This document shows, piece by piece, positions 8,754 through 19,051 of a DNA stretch of 33,667 nucleotides. The notes under the pieces are model-generated. The model was given only the letters and a program-made list of their open reading frames with translations, was not told the origin of the DNA and did not search any database. Within the stretch, counting starts at the first letter, position 1, and every line of letters begins with the position of its first letter. A program made the position numbers and the translations under genes. The DNA is from an uncultured Smithella sp. (GTDB lineage: Bacteria > Desulfobacterota > Syntrophia > Syntrophales > Smithellaceae), in assembly GCA_964351355.1 (NCBI GenBank), contig CAYGNV010000004.1:1-33667 (forward strand), written 5' to 3'.

Positions 8754-10274
8754 ATGACGCTTGAATCTTTAAATATGTTAGATTATGTTCATCAATCGTT
8801 CAACGCCTCAACGAACAGGATTGACCGCTCTCAGATTGGTCAATTCCTCACTCCCGCTTCCATCGCTGATTTCATGTCGTCGTTGTTTGAAACCAGAACA
8901 AAAGAAGTCAGGATTCTCGATCCTGGCGCTGGTGCGGGTGTTCTTTTTGCAGCCTGCGTGGACAAGTTGCTATCGCAAGAAAAGCGACCGTCTTCGATAG
9001 AAATCGTTGCATACGAAACTGACAGAGTTATTTTACCGCATCTTCAGGAAACCATGGATCGTTGCGCAATCCTTTGTGCATCCCATAATGTCAGTTTCAA
9101 TGGAACCATAAAAGAAGATGATTTTATTGCTTCCGCAATATCTGAAACGGAAGAATCTCTTTTTGTTGTTCCGGGAAGGCGTTTCACCTATGCCATCCTC
9201 AATCCGCCCTACAAAAAAATCAATGGCGAGACAAATATAAGAGCTATGCTTTATTCCGCGGGGTTAGAAGTGGCGAACCTTTACGCTGCCTTTGTGTGGT
9301 TATCGATGCGCTTGCTGGAACCGGGAGGACAAATAGTGGCGATTACACCCCGGAGTTTCTGTAACGGGCCTTATTTTAAAAAGTTCCGAGTTGCCTTTTT
9401 GGATATGTTGAGTCTCAGGCAAATTCATTTGTTCAATTCACGAAATAAAGCTTTCGGTGATGACAACGTGCTTCAGGAGAATATTATTTATTCCGCTATT
9501 CGTAAAATCGAAAAGCCGAAACAGGTCGTCATTTCGGCATCAGAAAGCGATGATTTTAATCATGCCAGTATTTTGAACATACCCTATGACCAAGTCGTAT
9601 ATCCTAATGATCGGGATGTTTTTATTCATCTCGGTATTGATGACACAGCTATTTCCGTCACGGCGCAAATGCAGTGTTTTAAGTTCACCCTCGACAAACT
9701 GAATTTGAGTGTTTCCACAGGACGCACTGTGGATTTCAGGGCAAAGGAACATTTGCGTCAATCCCCGGAGAAAGGCACCGTACCGCTCATACATCCGTGT
9801 CATTTTCAAGACGGTTTTATCAGTTGGCCTCTCGAATCAGGAAAGAAACCAAATGCCATTGTAGCTTTGTCTGAAACGTCCGATCTCTTCGTAGAAAAAG
9901 GTTATTACGTCCTCATAAAAAGATTTTCTTCAAAAGAGCAGAAGCGGCGCGTAATGGCAGCGGTATATGACCCTTCCAAAATTGATGCTTCGTTTGTCAG
10001 TTTTGAAAATCATCTGAATTACTTCCACCGGGATGGCAAAGGATTGCCTGAGAAGCAGGCAAAAGGACTTGCCCTATATCTTAACTCCTCATCTGTTGAT
10101 CAGTACTTTCGGTTGTTTAGCGGACACACTCAGGTTAATGCTACAGACTTACGTAAATTACCGTACCCAAGCGAAAGACAACTTATGAGATTTGGCAATC
10201 ATGTGCAGAAGCGAATGCCAGATCAGGAAACTATTGATGAGATTATACGGAAGGAGTGCGGAGATTGTGCCTAA
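8754..10274 (+). CDS. N6-adenine DNA methyltransferase of a PstI/BsuBI-type type II R-M system
   Basis: GQFLTPASIADFM, ILDPGAGAGVLF (motif I), AILNPPYKKI (motif IV). At 506 aa it is close to the size I recall for M.PstI. It sits immediately upstream of, and overlaps, a BsuBI/PstI-family endonuclease gene. Confidence 0.85.
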   Translation: MTLESLNMLDYVHQSFNASTNRIDRSQIGQFLTPASIADFMSSLFETRTKEVRILDPGAGAGVLFAACVDKLLSQEKRPSSIEIVAYETDRVILPHLQETMDRCAILCASHNVSFNGTIKEDDFIASAISETEESLFVVPGRRFTYAILNPPYKKINGETNIRAMLYSAGLEVANLYAAFVWLSMRLLEPGGQIVAITPRSFCNGPYFKKFRVAFLDMLSLRQIHLFNSRNKAFGDDNVLQENIIYSAIRKIEKPKQVVISASESDDFNHASILNIPYDQVVYPNDRDVFIHLGIDDTAISVTAQMQCFKFTLDKLNLSVSTGRTVDFRAKEHLRQSPEKGTVPLIHPCHFQDGFISWPLESGKKPNAIVALSETSDLFVEKGYYVLIKRFSSKEQKRRVMAAVYDPSKIDASFVSFENHLNYFHRDGKGLPEKQAKGLALYLNSSSVDQYFRLFSGHTQVNATDLRKLPYPSERQLMRFGNHVQKRMPDQETIDEIIRKECGDCA

Positions 10275-11235
10275 AAAAGCAAACAAGAAGAAGGCTGACC
10301 AAAAAATACAGGACGCTTTGGATATACTCAATGCCTTGGGGTTGCCCAGACAGCAACTTAATGACCGATCGGCGCTAACACTGCTTTCTTTACTGGCCAT
10401 TGAACCGGAAACTGGATGGGCGGATGCGAGTAATCCTTTAATGGGCATTACGCCTATGATGGATTTCTTTCTTGAATACTATGGGAAGAAATATGCACCA
10501 AACACCCGGGAAACAGTGCGTCGTCAAACAGTGCATCAGTTTCTCCAAGCTGCGCTGATTGTCGCCAATCCCGATAAACCATCAAGACCGACCAATAGTC
10601 CCAAAGCTGTTTATCAGATTGAACCGTCCATTCTGAAGTTGCTAAGAAGTTTCGGGAAGCCGGAATGGGAGGAAAATCTACAGAAATATCTGCGCACAGT
10701 GAAAACCCTCAAGAAGTTATATGACCGAGAGCGGGAGATGCGGCGCTTGCCCATCAGGCTGGCAGAGGGGCAGGAGATAAAACTTTCTCCCGGTGGACAG
10801 AATGTTCTGGTTAAAAAAATTGTTGAAGATTTCTGCTCTCTATTTACGCCCGGTGGGTGGATGATTTATGTAGGCGACACCCAATTAAAATGGTCATTTT
10901 ACGATGCAAAATCTCTGGCAGCGCTAGGCGTTACGATAGAAGAACATGGCAAAATGCCCGATGTGGTTGTGCATCACGTAAAGAAAAACTGGCTGATTCT
11001 GATTGAAGCTGTAACCAGTCACGGACCGGTTGACCCAAAGCGACATCAGGAATTAAAGAAATTATTTTCCGGATCGTCTGCGGGGTTGGTATTTGTGACG
11101 GCCTTTATTGATCGACACGCCATGCTGAAATATCTAAACGACATTTCCTGGGAAACAGAGGTCTGGGTTGCCGATTCTCCAACGCACTTAATCCACTTCA
11201 ATGGTGAGCGTTTCCTCGGGCCATATGAGGGTTAA
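10267..11235 (+). CDS. type II restriction endonuclease, BsuBI/PstI family
   Basis: The GTG at 10267 (GGAAGGAG upstream, 8-nt overlap with the MTase stop) gives 322 aa. The C-terminal half HGKMPDVVVHHVKKNWLILIEAVTSHGPVDPKRHQELKKLF...VTAFIDRHAMLKYLNDISWETEVWVADSPTHLIHFNGERFLGPY matches my memory of the conserved BsuBI/PstI C-terminal domain. The track start at 10192 is likely too early. Confidence 0.85.
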   Translation: MPKKANKKKADQKIQDALDILNALGLPRQQLNDRSALTLLSLLAIEPETGWADASNPLMGITPMMDFFLEYYGKKYAPNTRETVRRQTVHQFLQAALIVANPDKPSRPTNSPKAVYQIEPSILKLLRSFGKPEWEENLQKYLRTVKTLKKLYDREREMRRLPIRLAEGQEIKLSPGGQNVLVKKIVEDFCSLFTPGGWMIYVGDTQLKWSFYDAKSLAALGVTIEEHGKMPDVVVHHVKKNWLILIEAVTSHGPVDPKRHQELKKLFSGSSAGLVFVTAFIDRHAMLKYLNDISWETEVWVADSPTHLIHFNGERFLGPYEG

Positions 11236-11317
11236 ATTCATGAGCTGTTGCAATGGTGGGGACATTGATGAACAATAACTTGTTCGCTATATTTATTTTT
11301 TATAGGTCTTCACAATG

Positions 11318-11346
11318 GTAGGGAACGGTTTCAAACCGTTCCCTAC
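11318..11346. terminator. 13-bp perfect stem-loop between convergent genes (candidate bidirectional terminator)
   Basis: GTAGGGAACGGTT-tca-AACCGTTCCCTAC lies between the endonuclease stop (11235) and the abfD-like stop (11405). A T-run (atttatttttt) lies on the 5' side on the + strand, so it is not a textbook intrinsic terminator. Confidence 0.45.
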
Positions 11347-11404
11347 GTCCTGATTTCAATCCCGGGGTGGCGTTTTCGTGCCGCACCGGGATGGGAGTGA
11401 ATTA

Positions 11405-12904
11405 TTACTTTATAAAGTTTTTGGCCAGCGCTTCGCGATCTCCTCCGCTCATGCCGGCGATGTATTTCACCAGCTTCTTACGCGATTCAATATCGTATTG
11501 TGTGGTAATGGCAATCTGTTCCATAATCGGCGAACCGCCGCCGTTGTAAGCGCCGATGTTCCGGATACCGCCCGTCGCCGAACACAAAACATCGCCGAGG
11601 TAACGCCACAACTGTGCCTGATCTTCAGCGGGCATATTGGAATTGCGTTTGGTGTATTTGAGCAGCGAATCGCCTGTCACGGGATTCATAAAATCTTTCT
11701 CGTGGGGGAAGGTAGCCGTGACGCCGCCGGAGATATCACAGAGGATCTCCGCTTCTCGAAAGACCGCCTCGCCAGACAGGCAGCGGCCGACATTGCAGTA
11801 GATAGAATGGGGAACGAAGGAACCGGGACCATACGGCACGAAGCCCTTGCCGGGCATGAAGACCTGGGGTCCGCCCAGATCGGATGCCGTATAACCAGCG
11901 GCGTAGCCCAGCTCCGTCACCATGATGATTTCCGCCAGCTTTTCCCTGACATGCGATTCCTTGTGGATATTGTTTGCTTCGGCAGCCAGAGCTGCCGTGC
12001 CAAGGATAACGTCACCGATAGCCGGTTTGCAACCGGAATAGGAATGTCGGTGAAACAGTGCAAAAAGAAGGGCATTGACTCCGCCGTGCTGCCATTCCCC
12101 AGCCAGAAAGACCCGCTCCCAGGGAATAAAACAATTTTCAAAAATCATATAAGAGTCCGTAGATCCCGGCATAAAACCGCGCTGGTAATGTTCTCGTTCC
12201 CGCAGGGTGTGGATGGTCACGACCTGTTTGAGACCGTCCCAGTCGCCGGGAACGGCAAAAGCCAACGCATAGTCCTTGTCCTCGGGACGCATGGCACGGG
12301 TGGGCACAACCAGAACTTCGTCCGCCACGGAGGCCTCCGAAATGTGCACTTTGCACCCTTCGACAACGATGCCGTCCTTCAGGCGCTCCTTGATGTAAAC
12401 ATAAGAGCCTGGATTAGGCTGGTCCGCAGGACGCAGCATGCGGTCGCCTTTTGTGTCCGTTTGGGCACAACAGCCGATGAGGTCTTCGGTCTGGAATCGG
12501 GTCAACCATTTTTTGAAATTCTCGTGATATTGCGTTGCCCCGTTATTCATCTTATCTGCTTCAAAGGAAACATTATAAATGGAATTGGCGGCATCAATGC
12601 CCATACAACGCTGAATACAACCGCCAACCTTCTGGCAGAGCATGCGCGTCATATCCTGCTTGCGATGCAGGTCTTCTTTGTTTTGATGGATATGGGTAAA
12701 GCGGTTGATGCGTTCTCCGGTTAAATGGGAAATGGCAGTAAGCAAATCCTGATTTTCCGGTTTTTCCGCTTCGTCGTAAGTGGTGCCGATGGTGTTAAGA
12801 CACCTCATCTGCAATTCGTCGTCGCGGTCGATAAGCTGGCCGTCGAAGTACAAATTACGCTTCATCTTGGTAAGCCCCTTGATGTAATCTTTTTTTGTTC
12901 TCAT
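11405..12904 (-). CDS. 4-hydroxybutyryl-CoA dehydratase / vinylacetyl-CoA isomerase family protein (HpaB-fold, AbfD-like)
   Basis: 499 aa. GGCIQRCMG (C-x3-C) and FHRHSYSGCK (H-x6-C) match the [4Fe-4S] ligand pattern I recall for Clostridium aminobutyricum AbfD. The overall HpaB/AbfD-like N-terminus is YFDGQLI...NRFTHIHQ. The 448-aa + strand ORF 11378..12724 is an antisense shadow. Confidence 0.7.
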   Translation of the reverse strand: MRTKKDYIKGLTKMKRNLYFDGQLIDRDDELQMRCLNTIGTTYDEAEKPENQDLLTAISHLTGERINRFTHIHQNKEDLHRKQDMTRMLCQKVGGCIQRCMGIDAANSIYNVSFEADKMNNGATQYHENFKKWLTRFQTEDLIGCCAQTDTKGDRMLRPADQPNPGSYVYIKERLKDGIVVEGCKVHISEASVADEVLVVPTRAMRPEDKDYALAFAVPGDWDGLKQVVTIHTLREREHYQRGFMPGSTDSYMIFENCFIPWERVFLAGEWQHGGVNALLFALFHRHSYSGCKPAIGDVILGTAALAAEANNIHKESHVREKLAEIIMVTELGYAAGYTASDLGGPQVFMPGKGFVPYGPGSFVPHSIYCNVGRCLSGEAVFREAEILCDISGGVTATFPHEKDFMNPVTGDSLLKYTKRNSNMPAEDQAQLWRYLGDVLCSATGGIRNIGAYNGGGSPIMEQIAITTQYDIESRKKLVKYIAGMSGGDREALAKNFIK

Positions 12905-13026
12905 GTTTGTCTTCTCCTTTCCTTATGGATAATCTTTTTCAGATTGACACTCTCGCTATTAACCTTATATAGGATGTCTCGCATAATTTTTAATATTCTT
13001 CTGCCTGAAACGAGTATAACATATTT

Positions 13027-13701
13027 ATGGATATAATCCTCTATTTTGTAGATTTTTTTATCCACCTCGATAAATACCTGCCGGGGATCGTTGAGGGCTT
13101 TGGCGTTTGGATTTATGTTATTGTATTTATTGTTATTTTTTGCGAAACCGGCCTGGTGGTAACGCCGGTTCTGCCGGGGGATTCGCTACTTTTTGCTCTG
13201 GGCGCTCTGGCCGCGCTGGGGGCGCTGCATATTGAAGCGCTATTGATTTTACTTTGCGTTGCCGCCATTGCCGGAGACAGCGTCAACTACGCCATCGGCC
13301 ATTATATCGGGCCGAAAGTTTTTCATTATGAAGACAGCCGTTTTTTCAAAAAAAAATATCTTGTAAAAACGCATGAGTTTTATGAAAGGCATGGTGGGAA
13401 AACGATCATTATCGCCCGTTTCATGCCGTTTATCCGTACCTTTGCCCCTTTCGTGGCCGGTGTCGGCGCTATGCGTTATTCTAAATTCATCTTATATAAT
13501 ATCACCGGCGGCATCGCGTGGATTGGCATTTTCCTGTTGGGCGGCTTTTTTTTCGGCAATATTCCAGCCGTCAAAACAAATTTTACAGTCGTGATCGTGG
13601 CCATTATTCTTATTTCCGTCATGCCGGGTTTTATTGCATATGCCCGGCAGAAACTCATTGCCCGACGAACGGCAACAGGGGAAGTGAAGGTTGATCAATG
13701 A
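13027..13701 (+). CDS. dedA: DedA family inner-membrane protein
   Basis: FCETGLVVTPVLPGDSLLF, GDSVNYAIGHYIGPK, GGKTIIIARFMPFIRTFAPFVAGVGAMRY are classic DedA/SNARE-associated blocks. Confidence 0.85.
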   Translation: MDIILYFVDFFIHLDKYLPGIVEGFGVWIYVIVFIVIFCETGLVVTPVLPGDSLLFALGALAALGALHIEALLILLCVAAIAGDSVNYAIGHYIGPKVFHYEDSRFFKKKYLVKTHEFYERHGGKTIIIARFMPFIRTFAPFVAGVGAMRYSKFILYNITGGIAWIGIFLLGGFFFGNIPAVKTNFTVVIVAIILISVMPGFIAYARQKLIARRTATGEVKVDQ

Positions 13702-14540
13702 AATTTAAACTGACTGTCATCGTCACCATAGCATTTATAATGTTTCTATCGCTCCCCGTCGAAGCAAAAAATATTTTTAAATTAGGCCATGATGTCACCA
13801 TAACAGAAGGGCAGGAAGTGGATAATATTGTCGCTGTTGGCGGACAGATCACGGTGAACGGGCTTGTTGAACAAAATGTTCTGGCTGTCGGCGGTTCCGT
13901 TGTTCTGACCAATAAAGCCGTTGTTCGGGGCAAAGTGATCGTGGTAGGTGGCGTTATAGCCAGAGGCAGCGGCTCTCTGGTCTATGGTGATATTACGGAG
14001 ATCAACTCATCCACGCTGTCATCATCTATTGCCTCCGCCCTGCGGGGTGAATCGGAAGGCTGGTCATTAATCTTAAATATTATTTCTCTGTGCTTTTTCG
14101 CCATTATCCTGATTGTCGCGCTGATCATGACATTGCTGATCCCGCGATCGCTGGCCGTTATTGCCAATGCCATTCAGACCAACAAGCTAAAATCTTTTTT
14201 AATGGGTTTTCTGGTGACCCTGATGATTGTGCCCTTCTTCATGCTGCTGGCCATTTCCATTATCGGCATCTTTCTAATACCGCTGGCGTTTACAGCGCTG
14301 CTTTTGGCGGCTATCATCGGTTTCATCGCGTTTGGTTCTCTCCTCGGTAATTTTATTCTCACCAGAATCTTCCACGGATATAAAAAATCACTGATTAAAG
14401 AGACAGTGGTGGGCTTGATTTTGCTGTGGCTTCTAGGCTGGATACCCTTCCATATCGGGATGCTGATAAAAGTATTAGCCATTACCTTTGGACTGGGCGG
14501 TGTCTTGCTGACGCTGTCTCGCAGAAAAACAAACCGGTAG
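13698..14540 (+). CDS. membrane protein: signal peptide, bactofilin-like beta-helical repeat region, then about 5 TM helices
   Basis: N-terminal hydrophobic signal (VIVTIAFIMFLSLPVEA). Repeats IVAVGGQITVNGLV / VLAVGGSVVLTNKAVV / VIVVGGVIARGSGSLV. Long hydrophobic C-terminal half. ATGA overlap with the dedA stop. Confidence 0.55.
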   Translation: MKFKLTVIVTIAFIMFLSLPVEAKNIFKLGHDVTITEGQEVDNIVAVGGQITVNGLVEQNVLAVGGSVVLTNKAVVRGKVIVVGGVIARGSGSLVYGDITEINSSTLSSSIASALRGESEGWSLILNIISLCFFAIILIVALIMTLLIPRSLAVIANAIQTNKLKSFLMGFLVTLMIVPFFMLLAISIIGIFLIPLAFTALLLAAIIGFIAFGSLLGNFILTRIFHGYKKSLIKETVVGLILLWLLGWIPFHIGMLIKVLAITFGLGGVLLTLSRRKTNR

Positions 14541-14571
14541 GAAAGCGCCACCTTGCTACCGGTTTTGTTTT
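14531..14571 (+). terminator. rho-independent terminator candidate
   Basis: AAACCGGTAG (14531-14540, containing the TAG stop) pairs with CTACCGGTTT (14556-14565) across a 15-nt loop, followed by tgttttc. Confidence 0.55.
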
Positions 14572-14614
14572 CAATCCGTATGGCATATAAATACGGACTC
14601 CGCTAACCTTTGAT

Positions 14615-16329
<1,715 letters not shown>

Positions 16330-16407
16330 TTAATGTTTTTATTTAATTGCCCGTGTGGTTTTTACTATAACAAAACACAAAATAAATCAATTTTCGGGAG
16401 GGTTGAT

Positions 16408-17835
16408 CTATCCTAATTTCTTGGCCAGTAATTCTCGGATGATTTTCGGATTGGCCTTGCCGCCGGAAGCCTGCATCACCTGGCCGATCAGAAAGCCCAT
16501 GGCTTTGCCCTGGCCGGCGCGGAAATCGGCAACCGCCGCTGGTTGTTCACTTAAAACCTTGTCGATCAGCGCATCGAGGGCAGTAACATCAGAAACCTGC
16601 TTAAACCCTTTAGCGCTGATGATCTCTTCCGGGGATTCGTCACTGTCAAACAGATGCGTCAGAACCTCTCTTGCCGCGTTGGCGTTGATCTCATCCTGCG
16701 AAAGCATTTTCAGCAGCGCGGCAAAGCGCGCGGGGGTTACAGGGGAACTGCTCAGTTCCTGCTTGCGGTCTTTGACGGCCGGGATTAGTTGCGTGGTGAG
16801 CCAGTGCATGGCTGTGCGCGGTGCGGTCCCTTGTCCAATCAGCGCCTCAAAGTAGGCTGCAACTTCCGGGTCGGAACTCAAAAAAGTGGCTTCCTCGCCG
16901 GTCAGTCCGTGCTGTGTGATAAAGCGTTCGGCCCTTGCGGCGGGCATTTCGGGAAGACGCGAACGCGTCTTCTCGATCCAGTCTTTCGATAATTCAATGA
17001 CCGGAACGGTGGGATCAGGAACACAGGGGCCTTCAAACTTGCCGCGCATCGCCAACGTGACTTTTTTGTCCGGGTCCCATAAGCGGGTATGCAGAATAAC
17101 CGCTTCGCCTGTCTGGACAGCCGTGCTCTGGCGGGTAATTTCGTATGAGATGGCATCGGCCACATGACGGATGGAATTCATGTTTTTAACTTCCACTTTG
17201 GTATTCATCTGGCTGGTTCCCTTGGGACGTATGGAAATGTTGGCATCGACGCGCATCGTGCCGTTTTCCATGCTGCACTCGGAAGATCCCACGTAACGCA
17301 CCTGCGTGCGCAGCGCCTTGAGAAATTCCATCGCCTGATAGGGCGTGCGGAAATCCGGTTCTGTGACGATTTCCACCAGCGGAGAGCCTGCGCGGTTGAA
17401 GTCCACCAGGCTGATTGGCAGGCGTCCTTCCATTTCATGCATCAGCTTGGCGACGTCTTCTTCCATGTGGATATGATGAATGCGCAGTTTTTTGGATTTG
17501 CCGTCCTCATCCGTAATGTCGATGGCGCCGCCGCGCGAAAGGGGGAGATGGGCCTGGGATAACTGGTAGCCTTTCGGCAAATCCGGATAGTAATAAACCT
17601 TTTGGTCAAAGGCGCTTCGGGGCTGAAGTTGTGCACCCAGGCCCAGACACAAAAGCGATGCTTTTTCCAGCGCGTCCTGGCTCAACCTGGGAATGGCGCC
17701 TGGAAACCACAGGCAGGTCGGGCAGGTATTGGCGTTGGGTTCGTCGCCGGGATTGTTGGGGCAGTCGCAAAATAATTTCGTTTTGCAATTGAGTTCAACA
17801 TGGATTTCTAATCCGATGACCGCTTCAAATTCCAT
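16408..17835 (-). CDS. gatB: Asp-tRNA(Asn)/Glu-tRNA(Gln) amidotransferase subunit B
   Basis: MEFEAVIGLEIHVELN..TKLFC.C, DFNRAGSPLVEIVTEPD, the YqeY-like tail ...FLIGQVMQASGGKANP. 475 aa. The start shares 1 nt with the upstream stop (TAATG). Confidence 0.95.
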   Translation of the reverse strand: MEFEAVIGLEIHVELNCKTKLFCDCPNNPGDEPNANTCPTCLWFPGAIPRLSQDALEKASLLCLGLGAQLQPRSAFDQKVYYYPDLPKGYQLSQAHLPLSRGGAIDITDEDGKSKKLRIHHIHMEEDVAKLMHEMEGRLPISLVDFNRAGSPLVEIVTEPDFRTPYQAMEFLKALRTQVRYVGSSECSMENGTMRVDANISIRPKGTSQMNTKVEVKNMNSIRHVADAISYEITRQSTAVQTGEAVILHTRLWDPDKKVTLAMRGKFEGPCVPDPTVPVIELSKDWIEKTRSRLPEMPAARAERFITQHGLTGEEATFLSSDPEVAAYFEALIGQGTAPRTAMHWLTTQLIPAVKDRKQELSSSPVTPARFAALLKMLSQDEINANAAREVLTHLFDSDESPEEIISAKGFKQVSDVTALDALIDKVLSEQPAAVADFRAGQGKAMGFLIGQVMQASGGKANPKIIRELLAKKLG

Positions 17836-19037
17836 TACTGTTTGCCTCCTTCGCGCGTCTTCAAAATATGTTCACCCAACGCGAGTAGCCGCGCGTCACT
17901 GAGTCTTGGCCCCGCCAGTTGAAATCCTGATTGCGCCGTGCCTGACGGAGGCGGCAGATACAATGCGGGCTGACCGGTGACATTGGCAAAAGCCGTCAAG
18001 GCGAATTGCTCGTACGTATCGGCCAGCTGTGCGGGTTCGCCGGATGAGGAACCGCTTGAAGCCGGAAACAACAGAAAGTCCGCCTGCGACGTGACCTTCT
18101 CCATGTCCGCAAGCAGACGCGCGCGGATGCGGCAGGCGTCTTCAGAAGCTTTGTAGCGTTGAAACTGGAAAAATGCGCCCTGAAGCAGATAGCTTTTCAA
18201 AAGTGAGCCAAAGGCCGCGCTTCGTGAAGAGAGATACATGTCGTTCCAGTTTTTGGCGCCGGGCGCGCGCTCGCCGTAACGGACAGAATCATAACGTCCG
18301 GTTGAGGAGGAGGCCTCCACGGAGCCGATGATTTTATGGACGAGCAAAAAAAGAGAAAAGTCGGGCAGAGACATTTCCTTGATGGGAAAGCCCGCTTTTT
18401 TGAGTTCATCGACCGAGGCTTGAAACCTGGTTTGTTCGCCTTCGGGTAAAGCGCTTGGCGCTTCCGTAATGACCCCGATGGTTGTTTTTTGCGGGTCGAT
18501 TTTTTGCGGTGAAAAATCCGGGGCCTTTTCATCGGGGAGTGAAAAATCCAGTTCGTCCGGACCGGCGATGGTCTTCAGAATCTCCTGAATGTTTTTCAGA
18601 CTGCCGGAAACAAGTCCGCAGCATTCCATCGACGGAATCAGACCAATGATGCCGAAGTGCGACACCAGGCCGTAACTGGGTTTGAAACCGCAAACGGCAG
18701 CAGCCGAGGCGGCCAGACGGCTTTCGCCCATCAAATCTAAAACCAGTTCTGCATCGGCAGCCTGTCCTTTGAGCGCCTCACCGGCCTTGCTGCCCGTGAG
18801 ACCAAACCCGAATTCACTCATACGGGTTGAACCGCACAAAGAGGCCCCGGCTTGATGCAGCCGCTGTACAAGCGTTGCGTCTTCCAACGCTTTAAAATTA
18901 ATCAGCGCGTTTGAACCGGCGTCTGTCGGCCAGCCCGCCGCCGAGATGTTGGGTTGAATCGCAATTTTTAACCCCTGCAAAGAACCGCTGCCGGAGGCGG
19001 CGGTTTCGGGATTGCGATAGAAAAAAATAGAATCCAT
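17835..19037 (-). CDS. GatA-like amidase-fold protein, shortened and apparently lacking the Ser-cisSer-Lys catalytic triad
   Basis: At 400 aa it is shorter than the roughly 485 aa typical of GatA. It is colinear with GatA (MSEFGFG, CGFKPSYGLVS, FANVTGQPALYLP). IKDNI is IQPNI, the GGSSGGSAAAVA block is absent, and DTGGSIR is DLMGESR. AGGGAGA RBS. It sits in the gatA position between aspS-gatC and gatB. Confidence 0.75.
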   Translation of the reverse strand: MDSIFFYRNPETAASGSGSLQGLKIAIQPNISAAGWPTDAGSNALINFKALEDATLVQRLHQAGASLCGSTRMSEFGFGLTGSKAGEALKGQAADAELVLDLMGESRLAASAAAVCGFKPSYGLVSHFGIIGLIPSMECCGLVSGSLKNIQEILKTIAGPDELDFSLPDEKAPDFSPQKIDPQKTTIGVITEAPSALPEGEQTRFQASVDELKKAGFPIKEMSLPDFSLFLLVHKIIGSVEASSSTGRYDSVRYGERAPGAKNWNDMYLSSRSAAFGSLLKSYLLQGAFFQFQRYKASEDACRIRARLLADMEKVTSQADFLLFPASSGSSSGEPAQLADTYEQFALTAFANVTGQPALYLPPPSGTAQSGFQLAGPRLSDARLLALGEHILKTREGGKQ

Positions 19038-19051
19038 GAAGATTTCTCCCT

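Noticed and set aside
10192-10266. Upstream ATG starts (10192, 10201) for the restriction endonuclease
   Set aside because: They lie deep inside the MTase gene. GTG 10267 has a GGAAGGAG RBS and gives the expected size of about 322 aa. The choice is not certain.
11361-11390. Second hairpin CCCGGGGTGGCG...GCCGCACCGGG downstream of the abfD-like gene
   Set aside because: The stem is imperfect with several mismatches, so I am not confident it forms.
11378-12724. 448-aa ORF on the + strand
   Set aside because: It lies entirely antisense to the abfD-like gene, which has clear family motifs. Its translation is low-complexity and Arg/His/Gly-rich with no recognisable motifs, so it is a shadow ORF.
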